From the NCBI GenBank assembly GCA_964503355.1, contig CAZCZS010000002.1:10556-54939 (forward strand): a stretch of 44,384 nucleotides of DNA, in the 5' to 3' direction. Within the stretch, counting starts at the first letter, position 1. Every line of letters starts with the position of its first letter. The position numbers and the translations under genes are program-made. Of this stretch, positions 39,776 through 44,384 are shown piece by piece. This stretch comes from an uncultured Mesoaciditoga sp. (lineage in GTDB: Bacteria > Thermotogota > Thermotogae > Mesoaciditogales > Mesoaciditogaceae). Below the pieces are notes generated by a model, which worked only from the letters and a program-made list of their open reading frames with translations, searched no databases and was not told the DNA's origin.

Positions 39776-40133
39776 TTCTCCACACCTCCTCGAGAATGAG
39801 TATAGTCGTGTTTAAATCTATTCCCATCCTTTTCAGCTCTTGAACGCTTTTTTCCAAAATTTCAATCACTTCTGGTTTTATCACCTCTGACTCTTTGATG
39901 AAATATCCAACACCATGCCGAGCCTCCAAGATTCCCTCCATCTGTAACCTCTCCAGGGCTCTCATTACGGTGTTAACGTTCACATCAAACGTCTTTTGAA
40001 GTTCCCTGACGGGTGGGAGTTGATCACCTTTTTTTAAGTTCCCAATCATGATCTCTTTTTTTACGATGTTCATGATTTGTAAATACGCTGGAATGCCACT
40101 GTGTTTATCCACCGCTCTTAACATCTCTCTCAC
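39765..40133 (-). CDS. GntR family regulator, YtrA subfamily
   Basis: P.YLQI, GDQLPPVREL, VNVNTV.RA, GVGYFI; short C-terminal helices. Confidence 0.93.
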   Translation of the reverse strand: MREMLRAVDKHSGIPAYLQIMNIVKKEIMIGNLKKGDQLPPVRELQKTFDVNVNTVMRALERLQMEGILEARHGVGYFIKESEVIKPEVIEILEKSVQELKRMGIDLNTTILILEEVWRNVE

Positions 40134-40146
40134 TTCTTCCGATTTT

Positions 40147-41055
40147 TCAATATCTTATTACCTTGACCAAGACTCCTTCCGTTTCCCTTTCAAGTTCTCC
40201 AGCAAGTTGGGGAATTTTAACGGTTATATATCCACCATCGCCCTTTATCAACAGCGTGCGAATTCCCCGCCATTTATCTTCGTAAGTTATATCGCCAGCG
40301 ATACCATTGGCATTCAAAGAGAATTCTTTCGTGCTTTTCAACATAAGATGTGCAAACACGCCGTCTGCATTTATTTCAACGCTTTTAGCGTCAATTCCTC
40401 CATCGAGATATGCTCCATCGCAATCTACTCTAACGGTATCGAATTTTAGATTTCCAGATAGATAAATTCCGTCACAATTCACGTTGAAGAATTTTATCTT
40501 CTTACCAACTTCTCCTTTTAAAAATAGGCCATCCGATTGAATATGAACGCTGTCGTAGCCGTTCTTTGTTCCGATATCTATAACGTAATTTTTATTCATA
40601 AGAATACCCTGAGACGATGAAATTTCAACTTTCTTTTCGGATCTTTTCACAGCGAGCACAGATGGAATTTCGATTTCTGTTGATGTCGGATCGAACACGA
40701 TCTCAAGACCGTTCATGATGTTTAAATCAACGTTTGAGGCGCTTTTGATGTATTTATTCGGATAGACTTTGGCAGTTTTAGACTTGAATATCGAAGAAAT
40801 TCCATATCTTTGAGCGTAGTACTTCATAAAGGAAAAAGGTAAAAACGAGGAATTCAAAACTCCAAATGGTAAAACTATGAAAACGATTGCCAACACCACA
40901 AAGAACACGCCAAAACGAGGAAAAGTTAAACCCAAAAGTATGATCGCGATAACACTTAAGACGATTTTCAAAGAATAGTACGGTACGACAAGTGCCGTCA
41001 ACGAAAGAAAGAATACAAGAAGTATTTTGAACGTGATCGGATAACGCTTTTGCAA
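40147..41055 (-). CDS. Membrane-anchored protein with C-terminal beta-strand repeats (DUF4097-like)
   Basis: Three N-terminal TMs; ~19-aa repeats IQSDG/VNCDG/VDCDG/INADG/LNANG/IKGDG; TTG start follows GGAGG. Confidence 0.7.
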   Translation of the reverse strand: MQKRYPITFKILLVFFLSLTALVVPYYSLKIVLSVIAIILLGLTFPRFGVFFVVLAIVFIVLPFGVLNSSFLPFSFMKYYAQRYGISSIFKSKTAKVYPNKYIKSASNVDLNIMNGLEIVFDPTSTEIEIPSVLAVKRSEKKVEISSSQGILMNKNYVIDIGTKNGYDSVHIQSDGLFLKGEVGKKIKFFNVNCDGIYLSGNLKFDTVRVDCDGAYLDGGIDAKSVEINADGVFAHLMLKSTKEFSLNANGIAGDITYEDKWRGIRTLLIKGDGGYITVKIPQLAGELERETEGVLVKVIRY

Positions 41056-41080
41056 TCCTTTCGCCCCCTCCGATATATCA

Positions 41081-41121
41081 GTGTACTAGTTAACTATAAC
41101 ACAAAATCAAAAAAATGTCAA
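41081..41121 (-). promoter_or_regulatory. Promoter plus YtrA-type palindromic operator
   Basis: TTGACA (41121-41116), 17 nt, TATAGT with TG extension. Palindrome GTGTACTAGTTAACTATAACAC (41081-41102) fits TGTAnTA-N6-TAnTACA with one mismatch. Confidence 0.85.
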
Positions 41122-41175
41122 CCCTTTTTACCAGTTAAACACGAAAAAGGCGTTTTTGCAGAATCGCATTTTACC

Positions 41176-44025
41176 TCAATCGTTCAATACCGTTTTCCAA
41201 TAATCCAACACGTATTCGTAAGCCCTTCTTTTTATTCGTGCATCGTTCAAGCGAAGTCCCACTTCTTCAATTCGCTTTTTTAATCTTTCTTTTCTTTCGT
41301 CTTCTGCTCTAATTTCTTCGTTTAATAAAAGCGATAGTTCCGTTTCAAGGTAAGTTCTCTTCGCACAAAGAAGTTCAAACATCCTTTTGTGATACTCCAA
41401 TTTGTTCACATCGAGCTTTTGAATTTTTGAGTTCAAGGATTCCATATGATTTAGAAGCTTTGTTTTTCTCCTTTTCAAATATTCCAGGATCTTTGGATCT
41501 TGAAAATCCGATTTGTCTTTACTAGGTGAGTTGAACGCTGGTATGAGTAACCGAAAAGATGAAAAATCATATTTTTCGTTGCGATGTTGCAGCTCGAATT
41601 TCAAGGTGAGAATTTCATGGGGTAAAACTTCCAATTTTTCTTTTATCTGTTGAATTGGACGTTCAAACAAGTTAACTTTGAAGATCTTTTCCTTTCTCTT
41701 TGAAAGATCCAAAACCTGAGGTTTGTCATAAGGATTGAAAAATCGAATTATCATACCCTTCCCATCTTCGGAAATCTTCATAGACGTCAATTTTAGATTC
41801 AAAGTTTCAACGTTCAAAAAAGAAAACTCTTCGATTTCCTTACCACCACTCTCATTCACTTTTACCAATATCGGAGGATTGTGAAAAATCTGGGACCATT
41901 TCGTAAGGTCAGAATGTTGTATATTCCCTTTTCCCACAAACAAACCAATCTCATAGTTGATTTCTCTTAAGCATTGAGCGTCTGGCGTGTACATAGCCGG
42001 TCCAGCGTCACCGATTCTTGTTTTCAAATCGTTTTTAGCCACCCATTCAACGGACCTTAAAAGGGTTATGAATAACTTCTTTTCTCTTACTTCGTATTCG
42101 CATAATCCCTTTGCCATTACGGCAAATGTTTTGGAGCCATCACTCATGGCAACGAAGTCCTTCATTGGAAAAGCGTATTCTTTTTCGCACTCTCGTGCTC
42201 CTATGATCAATTTCTTTAAATTTTCGGGTATAGGTCTTGAATTGTCCACATACTGATGTCTTTTAACGTATTCAAATGGCATTTCCGCAACAATTTCTCC
42301 ATCTTCGATCGTGGGAAAAACCATCTTCATCCTGTGATCGCGCGCAACGTTTTTTACACTCAAATTGTATTTAATTATTGGAGTGTTATCAAATGAAATA
42401 TCGAACTTGATCGGTAAAATTATCCTCTTATCCGAACGTTTATCTTCATCCAGAAATTCCGGTATCTGCATTTGAGTTTCAACCCTTATTTTAGCGGCGA
42501 ATGGAGTTTTGTACACGAGAGAAATTTTGGCCGGATGATTTTGATTGGTGAAGGTCTTATCTTTTGGTGGAGGCGAATAATTATACTCATCACCAGCGTC
42601 ACCTTCATCGTAAAAGTATCCAGCATTCTTGTACCAAGTTTTGGAGGATTTATCGTACACGTCAAGTGTCCCATTGGAATTGATCGAAACACGATAAAAA
42701 TCATTTTCCCAAGAAAACTCCTTGATTTCTTGGATTTCATGGGATATTTTATGCGTTTTGATTTTTTTCATCACTTTATATCCTAGAGAAGGAATTTTCT
42801 CAAGAATTATGATTTCGCCGTTTACCTCCAAACAAAGTGTCACTGGAAAAGGATTGGTGTTGAAAACGATCACCGAATTTTTCGAAAATTTTCCCATTAT
42901 CGTTGAGAGCAAGCGTTGCAGAAGTTTTTTAGAATCGATCATCATTTTTTCGTATCTTTTTTCCATTTGTGCATGAATTTGATCCACACCTACACCAGCT
43001 ATGTTATCATGGGTTTCGTTGGTTAAAAGTTGTTGCCATAATTCTTCCACTTCTTTATGAGGATAATAACCCGTGTAATACCAAGTAATTGTTCCGATTG
43101 GTTCTATCAATTTCGTCAACATGTATTCGCAAAGATAATTCCACATCTTTAAATACACACGTGAAGAAAGTGTGCCGGGAAAAACAGAAAGATATCTTCC
43201 TGAAAGTTGCTCTCCTTTTAACATCACAAAGACGGGCTTGCTTTTTTTCACGTCAGAGATGTATTTTGGAGGATCGGATTGAAAAATTCGTTCTTTTTCA
43301 TGCCCGTTAGGATTTAACACTTCAAATGGATCTTCTGGATGATTGTCGAGATCGTATCCGTTCATGAGTAAAACGTTGGGACTTATCAAAAACGGTTCCA
43401 TCTTTTTCACTTCATTTTCTATCCTGTGAAAGGCTATTTGAGGATAGATGTTTAATCCCATAAAGTTTCGATAACTGTCTAAAAAATAAGATGCCACCAC
43501 CTTTGAACCATTTGGACTTTGCCAAAGAAATTCGGATTTCACCTCATCATTTGGAAAGCTTATGCCTCTCCAGACGAATACAGAGTTTAGACCAAACAAC
43601 TTATGTATCTGAGGAATTTGACCGATTTGTCCGAAATTGTCCAAAAGCCAACCGACTTTCATGAAATTACCGTACATTTTGGCGAATTTACGACCTATTA
43701 AGATATTCCGCACGCTTGACTCAGCCCCGGCAATTTTCCAATCTATTTGCGACCAATATGGACCAAAAAAGAGACGTTTTTCTTTTCCATATTTTCGAAG
43801 AAGAAGTGTTTTCTTTTCACGCTCTTCGGCTGAAAGCTGGGAGAGGTAATCTCTTACCATTTGCATTTGACCATCAAGTACGAATTTGTAATTTTTGTTT
43901 GATTCAAAGAGGGAAAACAATCTATCAAAAAAAGGTACAAGCCACTTGTTCGTGTAATCACTGCTTAGAAACCATTCCCTATCCCAATGTGTATGTGAAA
44001 CAACATGAATGCGAATCCCTTTCAT
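41176..44025 (-). CDS. Glycoside hydrolase family 38 (alpha-mannosidase/MngB-like) with C-terminal helical extension
   Basis: HTHWDREW, LDGQ, GWLLDNFG (nucleophile Asp), THDNIAG, GDAGDEYNY, ITLLRSV; RBS GGAGG. Confidence 0.92.
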   Translation of the reverse strand: MKGIRIHVVSHTHWDREWFLSSDYTNKWLVPFFDRLFSLFESNKNYKFVLDGQMQMVRDYLSQLSAEEREKKTLLLRKYGKEKRLFFGPYWSQIDWKIAGAESSVRNILIGRKFAKMYGNFMKVGWLLDNFGQIGQIPQIHKLFGLNSVFVWRGISFPNDEVKSEFLWQSPNGSKVVASYFLDSYRNFMGLNIYPQIAFHRIENEVKKMEPFLISPNVLLMNGYDLDNHPEDPFEVLNPNGHEKERIFQSDPPKYISDVKKSKPVFVMLKGEQLSGRYLSVFPGTLSSRVYLKMWNYLCEYMLTKLIEPIGTITWYYTGYYPHKEVEELWQQLLTNETHDNIAGVGVDQIHAQMEKRYEKMMIDSKKLLQRLLSTIMGKFSKNSVIVFNTNPFPVTLCLEVNGEIIILEKIPSLGYKVMKKIKTHKISHEIQEIKEFSWENDFYRVSINSNGTLDVYDKSSKTWYKNAGYFYDEGDAGDEYNYSPPPKDKTFTNQNHPAKISLVYKTPFAAKIRVETQMQIPEFLDEDKRSDKRIILPIKFDISFDNTPIIKYNLSVKNVARDHRMKMVFPTIEDGEIVAEMPFEYVKRHQYVDNSRPIPENLKKLIIGARECEKEYAFPMKDFVAMSDGSKTFAVMAKGLCEYEVREKKLFITLLRSVEWVAKNDLKTRIGDAGPAMYTPDAQCLREINYEIGLFVGKGNIQHSDLTKWSQIFHNPPILVKVNESGGKEIEEFSFLNVETLNLKLTSMKISEDGKGMIIRFFNPYDKPQVLDLSKRKEKIFKVNLFERPIQQIKEKLEVLPHEILTLKFELQHRNEKYDFSSFRLLIPAFNSPSKDKSDFQDPKILEYLKRRKTKLLNHMESLNSKIQKLDVNKLEYHKRMFELLCAKRTYLETELSLLLNEEIRAEDERKERLKKRIEEVGLRLNDARIKRRAYEYVLDYWKTVLND

Positions 44026-44343
44026 AGTTTTTTACCCTCCTGTTGTTAATTTTCCACGATGTCCAAGGTGTAAATCCAACGGTGAAATTACCCATATTAT
44101 ACTCACAAACTTCACTGAGTAAAGTTTAAAATTTGCCATGGTTCAATATCGTTATAGCAACACCCACACGGTAAATTCACCCATCATTCTTCGTTTAAAG
44201 TTTTAAATATCCTTAAACTTGCATTTCATCGCTCACTTTTCTTCACTATTTTTTCCATTTCCTTTCTATTTATCGATGATGTAAAATGAATATGAAAGAT
44301 GAAATTCGTCTGAATCTTCAAAAAATGAAGGAGGTTGAAAAGC

Positions 44344-44384
44344 ATGAAAAAGTTGAAAGTGGGTGTACTTGGCATATCCAACCA
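44344..44384 (+). CDS. Truncated N-terminus of a probable Gfo/Idh/MocA NAD(P) oxidoreductase
   Basis: AGGAGGT RBS, then MKKLKVGVLGISN (Rossmann-type start); runs off the window. Confidence 0.55.
   Translation, partial: MKKLKVGVLGISN

Overview
This is a mostly housekeeping and metabolic chromosomal segment from a low-GC bacterium. Gene content and order (Mut7-C/sensor kinase/receiver/ileS, LonC, liv operon, Lys/Orn racemase) suggest Thermotogota; this is an inference. It contains: (i) a minus-strand run udg-hisS-kamD-kamE-solute-binding protein-degenerate GGDEF; (ii) an ArsR/SmtB plus CDF zinc-efflux pair; (iii) a minus-strand run MFS, AhpD-like::GAF(fRMsr) fusion, YVTN lipoprotein, ppx, rRNA methyltransferase; (iv) livKHMGF; (v) a long minus-strand run lonC-rdgB-nitroreductase-Mut7C-HK-RR-ileS-glyQ-glyS-proC; (vi) S9 peptidase-smpB-racemase-diguanylate cyclase; (vii) a YtrA-type GntR/ABC operon with a clear promoter and operator; (viii) a GH38 alpha-mannosidase and the start of a divergent oxidoreductase. 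I saw no rRNA, tRNA, CRISPR array, prophage or transposase. The most interesting items are a ~175-nt nested-stem element with two A(Y)GGA-loop hairpins, a 45-bp REP-like tandem array at the left edge with a degenerate copy 8.5 kb away, the AhpD-fRMsr fusion, a binding-protein/pseudo-GGDEF module coupled to kamDE, a probable ATA start codon, and two probable leaderless transcripts.
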